Assembly: GCA_049322575.1 (NCBI GenBank)
Contig: JBMORQ010000027.1
Span: 87,081 to 151,080 of the forward strand
From: Patescibacteria group bacterium
GTDB taxonomy: Bacteria; Patescibacteriota; Microgenomatia; UBA1400; PJMF01
DNA length: 64,000 bases
Reading direction: 5' to 3'
The notes below the pieces were generated by a model. That model made no database searches. It was not told where the DNA came from and was given only the letters and a program-made list of their open reading frames with translations. The translations under genes and the position numbers were made by a program. Numbering within the stretch: the first letter of the stretch is position 1; every line of letters begins with the position of its first letter. Shown one piece after another: positions 49,238 through 57,839 of this stretch.

Positions 49238-49630
49238 CTAGAGATTGGTCACACAATATTCTTCAGCGGTTGACTCCAAGGTAGCACAGACTGAGAAAGT
49301 GGTACCAGCAGATGAGTACTCATATACTCCGTCCTTAGGATCGGCAATATTTGTATCACTAAGGTAATCACGAATGTCTTCAAGCATGGAACTAAAGCTA
49401 CTTCCGACGGGATAACTACCTTGGTCAGCTCGGTACATCGTTAGAGCTTGACGTACTGATTCTAGGTCTGTCTTACGCTTGGCATCTCTGCTGGTGATGC
49501 CTGCATTGCGATAACTAACCATACCGACAGCCGTTAGCACGATCATGATCGTGGCCACGACCAACAATTCAATCATGGTGAAGCCTGCCTGGCGAGTGGT
49601 TATTCGATCTTTTAAGCTATTCTTTGACAT
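49238..49630 (-). CDS. Type IV pilin. The start is taken at MSKNSLK (49630) rather than the ORF-track start at 49720.
   Basis: TRQAG|FTMIELLVVATIMIVL. Choosing 49630 removes the overlap with the upstream pilin gene. Confidence 0.75.
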   Translation of the reverse strand: MSKNSLKDRITTRQAGFTMIELLVVATIMIVLTAVGMVSYRNAGITSRDAKRKTDLESVRQALTMYRADQGSYPVGSSFSSMLEDIRDYLSDTNIADPKDGVYEYSSAGTTFSVCATLESTAEEYCVTNL

Positions 49631-49640
49631 AAACACCTCT

Positions 49641-50063
49641 CTATTGCAGGCTCTGCAGACAGTAGTATGTACCAGAACCAAATGAGCAAGTACCATTGGC
49701 CTGAGGAACATTGTTAGCATTTCCTGCGGTCGTGTCCTCTAGCTCGGCGCAGACACAATATGAGTCGGAGTCAGCCACACAACCATATGTGCCGGTCTTT
49801 GGATCAACAGGCACCACATTGCCGGGGAAGTCACCTCCAGCATACATGGTGTCACAGGCTGCGTAACTGCCTTCGTGGGAGGCATAATACTGCTCAAAGC
49901 CATCTTGAATCGCCTTGATATCACCGCGTCGACGGGCATCCCGACCCTTGCGTTGGGCCGTAGAAAAAGCCACACTGCCAATAATAATCAAAATACCAAT
50001 AATCGAAATCACCACAAGTAACTCGAGTAAAGTGAAGCCTTTTTGACTGCGTTTTTTGATCAT
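49641..50063 (-). CDS. Type IV pilin (PilA-like)
   Basis: MIKKRSQKG|FTLLELLVVISIIGIL with a 9-aa leader. Confidence 0.8.
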   Translation of the reverse strand: MIKKRSQKGFTLLELLVVISIIGILIIIGSVAFSTAQRKGRDARRRGDIKAIQDGFEQYYASHEGSYAACDTMYAGGDFPGNVVPVDPKTGTYGCVADSDSYCVCAELEDTTAGNANNVPQANGTCSFGSGTYYCLQSLQ

Positions 50064-50080
50064 GGAACTCCTTTAAGGGC

Positions 50081-51097
50081 CTAATTTGTCACGGTTATAT
50101 TAACCTTTGCCAAGACATTGCTTGCTGAGGTGGTACCTCGAGCGTTTTTGGCTTCAATAACGGTCTGGTAATTGCAACTTGGACCTCCACAAGTATAAAC
50201 ATGCTCGGCGCTACCCTGCAAGTCGGTAAACTGGGCTTGCTGACCGTCACCATAATAAAGCGTGATAGTAGTGCCACCTTTCACTTCAACTTTTGAGTCA
50301 GCTGACATAAAACTTTCCAAAAATGTCAGCATTGTGTAAATCACACCATCCATGCCGTTGAGCTGCTGTCCAAGATCTTCGCTAGTTTGATTGTCACTCG
50401 CCATGTATGAAAAAGTCACCAATTCGCCAGAGTGAACAGTTAGATTACGTGTTCTTGTGTCAAAAAAAGGATTAGTGTTAAAAGACAGAACCACTGGCCT
50501 CGACAAGCAACTTTGATAACAAGACTTTGGACAATCTGTCACGCCCAATAACTGATCACCATCTCCCAGCTCAAAGTCATCCATGCAACACTGAAAACCA
50601 AAACCTCCACAACTGGCGGTTGGCCCTGGCGGAATGGTAGACTCAAGGCTATCTCCATACACAGATTTTATTTGCTTTCCCTCAACTATGACCATTGCTT
50701 TTCTACCTAAAACTGAAAGCGTAACACCACTTAACTCACTGTCCCAAATAATGCCTGATTTACCAGGTTCTTTTTTGATGAAAGGCTTGAGTTTGACCGT
50801 CTCGATCTCAATCGGACTGAGCCGATACTGACTGCAAATCGCCTCGATGACGTATTCATTATCAGATATGAAACGCAACTGAAAACTCACCAAATCGTCA
50901 TCGGCTGATGAGCCACCCATCAACAAGCATTCGTTGACATAGGAGCCATTGTTTTCAACTAACTTAATCCTGTTTAAGCCCTGCTTTACTTGATTTACAC
51001 CGATAAAGAGCATTACCTCGCGCATCACTAACGAAATTACTATTCCAAACAAAGTCAGAGTCACAAAGAAACTAAAGAAGAATCTTAAGATACGCAT
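50081..51097 (-). CDS. Membrane-anchored protein of unknown function, inside the pilin operon. Cys-containing extracytoplasmic domain.
   Basis: N-terminal TM (FFFSFFVTLTLFGIVISLV). Cys cluster SCGGFGFQCCMDDF..DCPKSCYQSC. Lies between pilD and the pilin genes. Confidence 0.5.
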   Translation of the reverse strand: MRILRFFFSFFVTLTLFGIVISLVMREVMLFIGVNQVKQGLNRIKLVENNGSYVNECLLMGGSSADDDLVSFQLRFISDNEYVIEAICSQYRLSPIEIETVKLKPFIKKEPGKSGIIWDSELSGVTLSVLGRKAMVIVEGKQIKSVYGDSLESTIPPGPTASCGGFGFQCCMDDFELGDGDQLLGVTDCPKSCYQSCLSRPVVLSFNTNPFFDTRTRNLTVHSGELVTFSYMASDNQTSEDLGQQLNGMDGVIYTMLTFLESFMSADSKVEVKGGTTITLYYGDGQQAQFTDLQGSAEHVYTCGGPSCNYQTVIEAKNARGTTSASNVLAKVNITVTN

Positions 51098-51208
51098 ATC
51101 AAGATCATAGACTTATAAAAATAAGTATATCTTAAATTTTGCTTAAACATCTAGGGGTAATGCTAGAGTAACTGATACACATGAATAGTGTTTTCTTGAG
51201 AGATAAAG

Positions 51209-51267
51209 ACTTTTGTGGCACTCTATGCCAGTTTTGTCATAAAAGTGTTGTTTCACTTCAAGTCTAT
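51209..51267. repeat. Degenerate copy E of the MITE-like repeat
   Basis: agacttttgtggca...cagttttgtcataaaagtgttgtttcacttcaagtcta. Confidence 0.4.
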
Positions 51268-51311
51268 TGTGCTACAAAGCTTGTGTCTGTAGCAAAAGCC
51301 AAAAATGAAAC

Positions 51312-52133
51312 TCATACTGAGATTAGGTGCATATACCAATCCCAAATCTGATTTCCCCAAAGTAAAGCAATCGTCGTGCTTATAACTAAAAAGGGTCCAA
51401 AAGGCACCACCTGACCAAGTTTTTTCTTTTTTAGAACTAACAACACAACTCCCACCAGTCCTCCCAACAGAAATGATAGAAAAATCGCCACTAAGATTTT
51501 TGGCCAGCCCAGAATTAAGGCCAAGGGAACAGCTAGCTTCACGTCGCCAAATCCAAAACCCTTACCCTTGGTGAAAAACCACAAAGAGTAGAAAAATGCT
51601 ACTAAGCCAACCATACAAAAAACAGCAATTGCTAAATCCTCAAACCTCATCACCCCCAATATCACCAAAGCAAAGCGATAGAGTAGGGTGATAAACGTCA
51701 GCAAACCCACAGCTAGATCAGGAATTATATAGTACTTGAGGTCAGCCACCAGAATCACCAACAAGAGAATTGCCACGATTAGCCAAAAGAAGGGCTGTAC
51801 AAGATGCAGTGGTTGAGTTGTTAAACGGAAAAACAACGAGCCAGCCCAAAACCACCAGACAAACAAAGAACCGGTTAATAACTCTACTACCGGATGGATG
51901 ATGCCTATCGGTGCACGACAATTTCTACAACGCCCAGCCAGTACTAAAAAAGAAACTAAGGGAATATTGTCGAACCAAGCAATTTGTTTTTGGCATTTTT
52001 CGCATTTTGAGCGACCCGCTACCCACGACTCACCCTCAACCGTACGGTAAACAAAAACATTTAAAAAACTGCCTATTGAAGCACCTAAAAAAAATAAAAA
52101 ACCACTAACCAACAAAAACACTGGATCAAACAT
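51312..52133 (-). CDS. pilD: Prepilin peptidase (A24 family, PilD/TadV-type) with an N-terminal zinc-binding CxxC...CxxC
   Basis: CEKCQKQIAWFDNIPLVSFLVLAGRCRNCRAPI followed by multi-TM peptidase A24 core helices. Confidence 0.85.
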   Translation of the reverse strand: MFDPVFLLVSGFLFFLGASIGSFLNVFVYRTVEGESWVAGRSKCEKCQKQIAWFDNIPLVSFLVLAGRCRNCRAPIGIIHPVVELLTGSLFVWWFWAGSLFFRLTTQPLHLVQPFFWLIVAILLLVILVADLKYYIIPDLAVGLLTFITLLYRFALVILGVMRFEDLAIAVFCMVGLVAFFYSLWFFTKGKGFGFGDVKLAVPLALILGWPKILVAIFLSFLLGGLVGVVLLVLKKKKLGQVVPFGPFLVISTTIALLWGNQIWDWYMHLISV

Positions 52134-52258
52134 AAACTTAGTATATTAGACTTTAAAGTAAATACAAACAAGCGGTTGAGTTTTTTTTAAGAATCGGCAA
52201 AAAACTAGAGAAAACCTAAGGACAAAGCTGCTCAACCAAAAGCTTAACAAACAAAAAA

Positions 52259-52279
52259 CCCCGCCGAAGCGGGGTTTTA
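52259..52279 (-). terminator. Rho-independent terminator downstream of the major-pilin gene (bidirectional hairpin)
   Basis: ccccgc-cgaa-gcgggg flanked by A-run and T-run. On the minus strand it reads aaaaccccgcttcggcggggtttttt. Confidence 0.65.
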
Positions 52280-52298
52280 TCAACAAATTTTAAAACTT

Positions 52299-52904
52299 TT
52301 ATGGCAAGCAGATCATTTCTGTTGTCCAGTCAGCTACAGCTGGAGCTGTGTAATCAGCGCCATCAACACAGGCACCTGCCGGCAAACTGGCATTTGTACC
52401 ACAAGCCTTCATCGCCTCAAGTTTGAACTGATTTGAGGATGGGGTGAAGCAAACCGAGATATCACCGTCTTCTGGCTTAATTAGATTCAACACGTTATTA
52501 GCACTCGTGCCATTTAACTGATCGATAAATGATTGCTTTACTTCTTCGGTGTCAGCAAGTAACTGCAACCATGTTGGCTCTGTTGAGTCTCCGCCAATCG
52601 TACAATATCCATTTACAATGGTAAGACAAGTTGCGCTGCCGTCAAAAGGGTAAAGGGTAGCAGGCAAATTATCCTCTCCTTGATTCCATGGATACTCCTC
52701 CTGAATTGCATAGTAACGATCGATAGCATTGAGCAACTGGGCAGCGTTAGAACGAAGCCTGGTGTCACGACCCTTGTTAATTTGTTCGATTGGGTTAATC
52801 GAAGCCAAAACAGCCACGGCTAAAACACCAATCACGGCAATAACCACCAGAAGCTCAATCATGGTAAAACCAGCTGACCTTCTGAGGTGAGATAGTAATT
52901 TCAT
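52299..52904 (-). CDS. pilA: Type IV pilin, candidate major pilin. The start is taken at MKLLSH (52904), downstream of a strong SD, rather than the ORF-track start at 52919.
   Basis: MKLLSHLRRSAG|FTMIELLVVIAVIGVLAVAV. Has its own terminator and a 280-bp upstream intergenic region. Confidence 0.8.
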   Translation of the reverse strand: MKLLSHLRRSAGFTMIELLVVIAVIGVLAVAVLASINPIEQINKGRDTRLRSNAAQLLNAIDRYYAIQEEYPWNQGEDNLPATLYPFDGSATCLTIVNGYCTIGGDSTEPTWLQLLADTEEVKQSFIDQLNGTSANNVLNLIKPEDGDISVCFTPSSNQFKLEAMKACGTNASLPAGACVDGADYTAPAVADWTTEMICLP

Positions 52905-52910
52905 ATATTC

Positions 52911-52918
52911 CTCCTCCA
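52911..52918 (-). promoter_or_regulatory. Shine-Dalgarno sequence (GGAGGAGG) of the major pilin gene
   Basis: Minus-strand read gttGGAGGAGGaatatATGaaattacta. The ORF-track start codon ATG at 52919 lies inside this SD. Confidence 0.55.
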
Positions 52919-53200
52919 ACTTTTTCTGTTTACACTTTACACTACTTCCACAACTCGACGCAAGAGTTTATTTTGCCTTCAGTTTTGTCCTAAATTTGGA
53001 TAGTCTTCTCTCGAAATAAAAATTACTGGTAAAAAACTAATTTCGACAGTGCAAAGATGATCCTGGCATGACAAAAACTATTTTTATTCAATAGACTTGC
53101 TGTGGAATAAGATTTTGAATAGAAAAAAATACTACGCAGAAAGTCTGATTTTTACAGCAAGTAGTTGAACAAAAAAAACAAACCGGGCAGTAAAAGAGCC

Positions 53201-54403
53201 CTAGAATTGCGAAGTTAAATTGTAGATCGGCATAATAATGGCGATCACAATCATTCCTACACCAACACCCAAGACAATCATAATCATAGGCTCCAAGGCT
53301 GTTGTTAGGTTTTTGATAGCGTGCTCACTTTCTGATTCAAAATATGCTGAGAGTTTAAGCAAAATGTCGGTCAGTTTACCTGTTTCCTCACCCACAGCCA
53401 CCATCTGATTGAGAATAGATGGGAAAATTTCATGGCGTGCTATCGCCTGCGATAAAGCGACACCCTTCTCAACTCGCTTAGCTGATTCCTTGATAGCCTC
53501 ACGGTAGGTAACGCTCGTCATGGCCTCACCAACTACCTCCAATGCCTCAAGCAATGAAACACCGGCTCCAAGTAGCAGGGCCAGGGTACGGGAGAACTCC
53601 GTCAAAATGATCTTGGTGCGAACAGATCCATAGATCGGTACTTTTCCCAACCAACCATCAATGATCCGATCTCCGACCTCGGTCTTTTTCCAACTGCGCA
53701 GTGCCGAGAAACCTAGCACACCCAAACCAATAAAAACATACCAATAAGTGGACATTACATTTGAAACAGAGATAAGAATTTGGGTGGGAAGTGGCAAATC
53801 AGCTCCAAAATCTTTGTACATCGCCGTTAGCTGGGGAACGACAAAAACCATCATTACAAATGCCACTGCAACCATTGCCAAGACAATTATTACTGGATAA
53901 ATCAAAGCTCCCTTGGTTTTTTCACGAAACTCCTTGTCTTTCTCCATGGTATCTGCTAAACGTTGCAAAACTCCATCCAACATACCTCCAACTTCACCAG
54001 CCCTTACCAGTTGAATATAAACGCGAGAGAACGTTCCATTGGCCTTCTCCAGAGCTGTAGAAAAAGTACCTCCACCCTCGATTTCTTTTAGGAGATTTCC
54101 AATCAAGCGCCCCATCTCAGTTGTGCTTTGTTCTTCAAGAATCGACAGAGCTGTTGCCAAGGGAAGACCAGCATTTATCATGGTTGCTAGCTGACGAGTA
54201 AAGTTCACCAAATCACCATGCTTGATACCGCCTAGGATACTTTTCAAACCAAGAAAGCTCTCCTCACCAAGTGGCTTGACACTAATCACTAGTAAGTGGC
54301 GCTCCCCTAAAACGGCTGCTGCCTGGGATTGGGAAGAGGCCTCGACTTTTCCCTTAATCGGCTCTCCCAATTCATTTTTGGCGGTATATTTAAAAATTGG
54401 CAT
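53201..54403 (-). CDS. pilC: Type IV pilus platform protein PilC (GspF family)
   Basis: 400 aa. Two GspF-like repeats and 3 TM segments. Sits adjacent to pilT and pilB. Confidence 0.85.
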   Translation of the reverse strand: MPIFKYTAKNELGEPIKGKVEASSQSQAAAVLGERHLLVISVKPLGEESFLGLKSILGGIKHGDLVNFTRQLATMINAGLPLATALSILEEQSTTEMGRLIGNLLKEIEGGGTFSTALEKANGTFSRVYIQLVRAGEVGGMLDGVLQRLADTMEKDKEFREKTKGALIYPVIIVLAMVAVAFVMMVFVVPQLTAMYKDFGADLPLPTQILISVSNVMSTYWYVFIGLGVLGFSALRSWKKTEVGDRIIDGWLGKVPIYGSVRTKIILTEFSRTLALLLGAGVSLLEALEVVGEAMTSVTYREAIKESAKRVEKGVALSQAIARHEIFPSILNQMVAVGEETGKLTDILLKLSAYFESESEHAIKNLTTALEPMIMIVLGVGVGMIVIAIIMPIYNLTSQF

Positions 54404-54433
54404 ATTTTTTTACCTTCGTTAACCAACCCGTTG

Positions 54434-55489
54434 CTAACCACCGAGCAAACGATGCATCTCCTCGGGTCGGAACGATTTAGCAATTGCTGTGTCCTTGGTA
54501 ATTATTCCTTGTTGAACCAATTGCATGAGGTGGTTCTCGATCAGCATCATGCCTCCCACAGCTGACGTCTGGATCACATTGTCAATCTGGTGGGCCTTGG
54601 CTTCTCGGATCAAATTGCGAATGGCGCTATTGGCCACCATAATTTCAAACGCCGCAAAACGCCCTCCGTCCACTCTTGAAACCAGACGCTGAGACACAAC
54701 CATCTTGATCGTGCCAGCCAACTGTTGACGGATCTGTCCTTGCTGATTGGCTGGAAAAACATCGATCATACGATCGATTGTCTGAGCGGCAGTAGCCGTA
54801 TGCAGAGTGGCAAAAACCAAATGACCAGTTTCGGCGATAGTAATAGCCGAGGCAATGGTTTCGTAGTCACGCATTTCACCAACCAAAACCACGTCTGGGT
54901 CCTCCCGCAAAACCGAGCGCAGAGAAATATCCCAGCTATTGGTGTCTTGATTTATCTCACGTTGTGAAATAACGCTTTGTTTGGGTGTGTAAACAAACTC
55001 TATTGGATCCTCGATAGTTACAATGTGGTCAGGGCGGGTGGCATTAATTTCATCGATAACCGCTGCCAGAGTTGTTGATTTGCCTTCTCCCGTGGGACCA
55101 GTGACCAAGATTAGACCTTGATTGAACTGACTGACCTGATGAAAGATCGGCGGCAAACTCAACTCATCAATACTTTTAATGCGTGCAGGAATCAAGCGCA
55201 AAGCAGCCGAAAGATGACCCTTGGCGTGATAGACATTGACGCGGAAACGACCTTGATCGCTAAATTGATAACCAAAATCCAGTTCCTTGTTCACTTTTAC
55301 GTAATCACGCTGGTTCTGAGACATGAGTGGAAAAATCAAGGCTTTGGCACCCTCATCATCAAGAGGGGTCATGCCTTCAACAGCAGCCAAACGACCATCG
55401 ATACGAATCATGGGTGGACTGCCAACCACGATGTGTAGATCTGAGCCTCCTTGAATTACTAGCATTTGTAAAATGTCTTGAATTTCCAT
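54434..55489 (-). CDS. pilT: Twitching-motility retraction ATPase PilT
   Basis: LVTGPTGEGKSTTLAAVIDEIN Walker A, Asp box, and AIRNLIRE. Confidence 0.9.
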   Translation of the reverse strand: MEIQDILQMLVIQGGSDLHIVVGSPPMIRIDGRLAAVEGMTPLDDEGAKALIFPLMSQNQRDYVKVNKELDFGYQFSDQGRFRVNVYHAKGHLSAALRLIPARIKSIDELSLPPIFHQVSQFNQGLILVTGPTGEGKSTTLAAVIDEINATRPDHIVTIEDPIEFVYTPKQSVISQREINQDTNSWDISLRSVLREDPDVVLVGEMRDYETIASAITIAETGHLVFATLHTATAAQTIDRMIDVFPANQQGQIRQQLAGTIKMVVSQRLVSRVDGGRFAAFEIMVANSAIRNLIREAKAHQIDNVIQTSAVGGMMLIENHLMQLVQQGIITKDTAIAKSFRPEEMHRLLGG

Positions 55490-55490
55490 A

Positions 55491-57683
55491 TTAAACCTCC
55501 GCCACTCTCTTAACCTCCTCGATGGTAGTTAGACCATCAAGTGCCTTGATATAACCGTCTTGCTTCATAAAAAGCATACCATTTTTTACTGCCACTTTCT
55601 CGAGGTCGCCCGCAGGGCGTCGTTCCATAATTAAATGACTGATTTCCTCAGTAATTTTCATGACCTCGTAAATACCAATACGTCCCTTGTATTCCGGTTC
55701 AGTGTGAGGACGATCCTCCTTTGGCCTAAAAAGGGTTATCTCATCAGGTTTTTTGTTATGTTGCTTACACCAACTATCAAATTTTTCTCCTAAGACTTGT
55801 TTAACATCGTTTATCACTGCCTCGTCTGGCTTATATTCCTCGCGATAATCCTGATTGATTTTTCTCACCACACGCTGAGCCATAGCTAAAGTCATTGATG
55901 ATGCAAGCAAAAAGGGCTCAGCTCCCATATCGAGTAAACGAGGCAAAGCACCGGCTGCAGAGTTGGTGTGCAGGGTAGAGAACACTAAATGCCCTGTTAA
56001 AGATGCCTGGATAGCAAGCTCAGCAGTTTCACTATCACGAATCTCTCCAACCATGATGATGTTGGGATCCTGACGCAAGAAAGAACGTAAACCGTTGGCA
56101 AAAGTCAGACCAGCCTGAGGATTAATTTGCACTTGGTTAACACCTGGCACCTGATACTCAACCGGATCCTCAAGAGTCATGATGTTGACCTTGGCGGTAT
56201 TGATAATGTGTAACACAGAATATAAGGTAGTCGTCTTACCTGAACCGGTTGGACCTGTGACCAAGACAATTCCATGCGGAACTTTTATGGCTTCCCGTAA
56301 GTCTCGTAAAGCCATGCCGGTTAGGCCAAGTTCTTCCAAGGTAGGGGCAGCTACGTCTTTTTTAAGCAACCGCATCACGACTTTTTCACCATGAATGGTG
56401 GGTAGGGTAGAGACACGCAAATCAACTTCTTGGTTATCACTCGCGTAGTTAAAGCGTCCATCTTGAGGGATACGTTTTTCATCAATCTTGAGGTTGGTTA
56501 AAATCTTAATACGAGAAACCACCGCGTCATGGACCGTCTTTGGCAAGATCAGACGCTCAGTTAAAATGCCATCGATGCGATAGCGCACCCTAGTGCGACC
56601 AATCAATGGCTCAATATGAACATCCGAAGCCCTGGATCGCATCGCAAAATCCAAAATCGTCTCTACAATGCGGTTAATTGGGGCAGCTCTAACTACGCCT
56701 CCAGATAACTCAGATAGATCTTGTTGCTGGCGACGACGCTCAATTTCTTGAGGTGCTTCTTGCAAAGCTTGGGTAACTTCAGATGAGAGATTCTGTGAAT
56801 AGCGCTCAGCAATTACTCGGTCTAGCTCTGAGGGCATAGCATAGAAGGGAATGATCTCGCAACCAGTTTTTTGACGAATAAAATCAATCGCCACCAAATC
56901 CATGGGGTTTTCCATGGCGACATTGAGGCTATTGTTCTGCTTATCCCAAGCAAAAGGGAAAAGTTTGTAACGCCTGGCTACGCTTTCATCGACCTTATTA
57001 ATCGCCTCAGGCGACATACCCGTTTCAGAAATTTTAATGTAGGGTATGTTATAGATTTCAGCCTTCGCCTTAGTGATTGTCTCCTCACTGACCTGCTGCT
57101 GATCTCGAAGGATATCCTCGATTGCTTTGCCGGTGCTTAAATGTTCTTGGTTGATTTTTACAACGTCTGCCTGGCTAAGTAAGTTCTTTTCGAGCAATAC
57201 CTCAACGACAGTTTTCTGACCCACAGTGTTGCTCTGTCCGTCCGAGTCAGAAGCCACCTTGGGGTTAGTTGGAGACGATGTACTAACCAAATTGCCTACC
57301 TCTGATTGACCTGGGTTCTGACTTGAATCTGCTGATGTCTGACTGGATTGGTCAACGATTACCACAGGCGCATCCGCACTTGCCCCGGCCGACTCCAACT
57401 GAGTAGCAATATTTTCTGAAAGACTCTCAACTTCCTCTGGAGATATTGATTGGTTACCTGCCGCCATATCCAACCCCAGACCAAGACCCTGACTTGATTG
57501 AGGTAGCTGATTAGATTCTGTAGAACCAGTAACACTAATCTGCTCTGAAAATTCCGAACCAGAGGGATCCGAGACCGAAGAACTCATCGAAGGAGCTAAA
57601 ACAGATGAAACAACATTTCCTCCCATAGATGGAGGACTAATCGGAGGCACCTTGACTGGTGAGTTTTGGACAGGCTCAGTCAT
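55491..57683 (-). CDS. pilB: Type IV pilus assembly ATPase PilB (GspE family) with an N-terminal Ser-rich disordered extension of about 170 aa. The start is uncertain; the ORF track gives 57743.
   Basis: GIVLVTGPTGSGKTTTLYS Walker A. T2SSE_N-like LLEKNLLSQADVVKI. The N-terminus SPPSMGGNVVSSVLAPSMSSSVSDPSGS... is low-complexity. Confidence 0.85.
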   Translation of the reverse strand: MTEPVQNSPVKVPPISPPSMGGNVVSSVLAPSMSSSVSDPSGSEFSEQISVTGSTESNQLPQSSQGLGLGLDMAAGNQSISPEEVESLSENIATQLESAGASADAPVVIVDQSSQTSADSSQNPGQSEVGNLVSTSSPTNPKVASDSDGQSNTVGQKTVVEVLLEKNLLSQADVVKINQEHLSTGKAIEDILRDQQQVSEETITKAKAEIYNIPYIKISETGMSPEAINKVDESVARRYKLFPFAWDKQNNSLNVAMENPMDLVAIDFIRQKTGCEIIPFYAMPSELDRVIAERYSQNLSSEVTQALQEAPQEIERRRQQQDLSELSGGVVRAAPINRIVETILDFAMRSRASDVHIEPLIGRTRVRYRIDGILTERLILPKTVHDAVVSRIKILTNLKIDEKRIPQDGRFNYASDNQEVDLRVSTLPTIHGEKVVMRLLKKDVAAPTLEELGLTGMALRDLREAIKVPHGIVLVTGPTGSGKTTTLYSVLHIINTAKVNIMTLEDPVEYQVPGVNQVQINPQAGLTFANGLRSFLRQDPNIIMVGEIRDSETAELAIQASLTGHLVFSTLHTNSAAGALPRLLDMGAEPFLLASSMTLAMAQRVVRKINQDYREEYKPDEAVINDVKQVLGEKFDSWCKQHNKKPDEITLFRPKEDRPHTEPEYKGRIGIYEVMKITEEISHLIMERRPAGDLEKVAVKNGMLFMKQDGYIKALDGLTTIEEVKRVAEV

Positions 57684-57733
57684 CACTAAAGCTCTACAAA
57701 GACAAACAAGCCAAGAAAAGCTTGTTCGGCTAA

Positions 57734-57786
57734 CTCGTAGCAAAATCTTATCTTGAAATAGTTCTGTTTATTCGCTACAAGTCTAA
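57734..57786. repeat. Degenerate copy F of the MITE-like repeat in the pilB/holB divergent spacer
   Basis: ...gaaatagttctgtttattcgctacaagtctaataat. Confidence 0.4.
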
Positions 57787-57839
57787 TAATATTATCAATA
57801 TAATGACATACCCCTAGCCCAAAAAAAAGTCCAAAACTC

